A stretch of DNA of 5,791 nt from Candidatus Thorarchaeota archaeon (GTDB lineage Archaea > Asgardarchaeota > Thorarchaeia > Thorarchaeales > Thorarchaeaceae). Under the pieces are notes generated by a model, which was given only the letters and a program-made list of their open reading frames with translations, was not told where the DNA came from and ran no database searches. This document shows, in pieces, positions 5,085-5,791 of the stretch. The translations under genes were made by a program, and so were the position numbers. The stretch spans positions 1 through 5,791 of the forward strand of contig PRDJ01000072.1 in NCBI GenBank assembly GCA_003345555.1. Direction: 5' to 3'. Each line of letters opens with the position of its first letter. The stretch's first letter is position 1.

Positions 5085-5791
5085 ATGGTACAGGTAAGCA
5101 CGATACAGGAGGACCAAGCATTGGAGATATCTCAGATAATGACCGATCCGGTGACGATTGCCAAAGACCAAAGACTGTCCTTCGCCCTGGACCTTCTTCA
5201 GAAGAAGCGCGTGGATAGGCTGATTGTGACCGAAGACGGCAATCTGAGGGGAATTTTGACATATGCAGACATTGCTGACAGACTTGGAGTGAGCAAGGTC
5301 ATTGCTGTTTCAATCGGAAGATTACACGTGTCGAGTGCCATGACCGAAACGGTGATCACAGTGTTGCCCACGGACGACGTCACAAAAGTAGCACAGCTCA
5401 TGATTGATAGAGGTATGAGCGGATGCCCCGTGGTCGACAAAGATGGCAGACTCGTTGGCGTCATAACCAAGGCCGAGATTACGACACTTGCAAAGAAAAT
5501 CGAGAATGTGAAAGTCAAGGACCTCATGACCAAAGAAGAACTCTTGGTCGTCAGCCCAGTAGAGCGGTTAATCAAGGCGAGATCGGAGATGCTTGCAGCC
5601 GGTTACACGGGGCTACCAGTAACTGACGGCAAGCGCGTACTGGGCCTGCTTACAGAGAGAATGGTTGCCGAAGCGATGGCGAAATTCAGCGAGGAAGTGC
5701 CTGACAAGTATCGTGCAAATCAGGTTAGAATGATACGAGTCGTCGACGCGATGATGCAGCAACCACCAGTAGCGGATCCTGATGAACCTAT
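5085..5791 (+). CDS. Multi-CBS-domain protein (at least two Bateman modules expected), 3'-truncated; start at ATG 5085 or TTG 5121
   Basis: Absent from the ORF track because there is no stop in the window. The open frame translates as ...EISQIMTDPVTIAKDQRLSFALDLLQKKRVDRLIVTEDGNLRGILTYADIADRLG...HVSSAMTETVITVLPTDDV..VAQLMIDRGMSGCPVVDKDGRLVGVITKAEI...VKDLMTKE...GLPVTDGKRVLGLLTERMV...RVVDAMMQQP: three full CBS repeats and the start of a fourth. GGAGG at 5108-5112, 8 nt before TTG 5121, favours the TTG start. Confidence 0.9.
   Translation, partial: MVQVSTIQEDQALEISQIMTDPVTIAKDQRLSFALDLLQKKRVDRLIVTEDGNLRGILTYADIADRLGVSKVIAVSIGRLHVSSAMTETVITVLPTDDVTKVAQLMIDRGMSGCPVVDKDGRLVGVITKAEITTLAKKIENVKVKDLMTKEELLVVSPVERLIKARSEMLAAGYTGLPVTDGKRVLGLLTERMVAEAMAKFSEEVPDKYRANQVRMIRVVDAMMQQPPVADPDEP

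Noticed and set aside
4473-5626. ORFs 4473-4715, 4558-4749, 5071-5262, 5198-5575 (-) and 5423-5626 (+)
   Set aside because: All overlap the two CBS genes; the real frame from 5085/5121 is open to the window end and has clear CBS periodicity.

Overview
Archaeal chromosomal window, probably Asgard (Thorarchaeia-like); the taxonomy is inferred from gene content and GGAGG/GGTGA ribosome-binding sites. Left to right: a two-subunit class I Fe-S fumarate hydratase/tartrate dehydratase operon on the minus strand (beta subunit truncated at the left edge); a compact A24 prepilin-type aspartic peptidase (+); a 111-aa three-TM protein (-) that resembles eukaryotic RAB5IF/OPTI of the EMC6 family; a divergently transcribed full-length Rqc2/NEMF/RqcH ribosome-quality-control factor (+); a CBS-pair protein with a C-terminal Cys4 knuckle (+); and a multi-CBS protein that is missing from the ORF track and runs off the right edge (+). 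Both divergent intergenic regions contain a TATA-like box beside a palindrome. No mobile elements, CRISPR arrays, tRNA or rRNA genes were recognised. The main leads are the OPTI-like gene sharing a divergent region with rqc2, and the possibility that rqc2 and the CBS genes form a ribosome rescue/hibernation neighbourhood. All family comparisons were made from memory; no searches were run.
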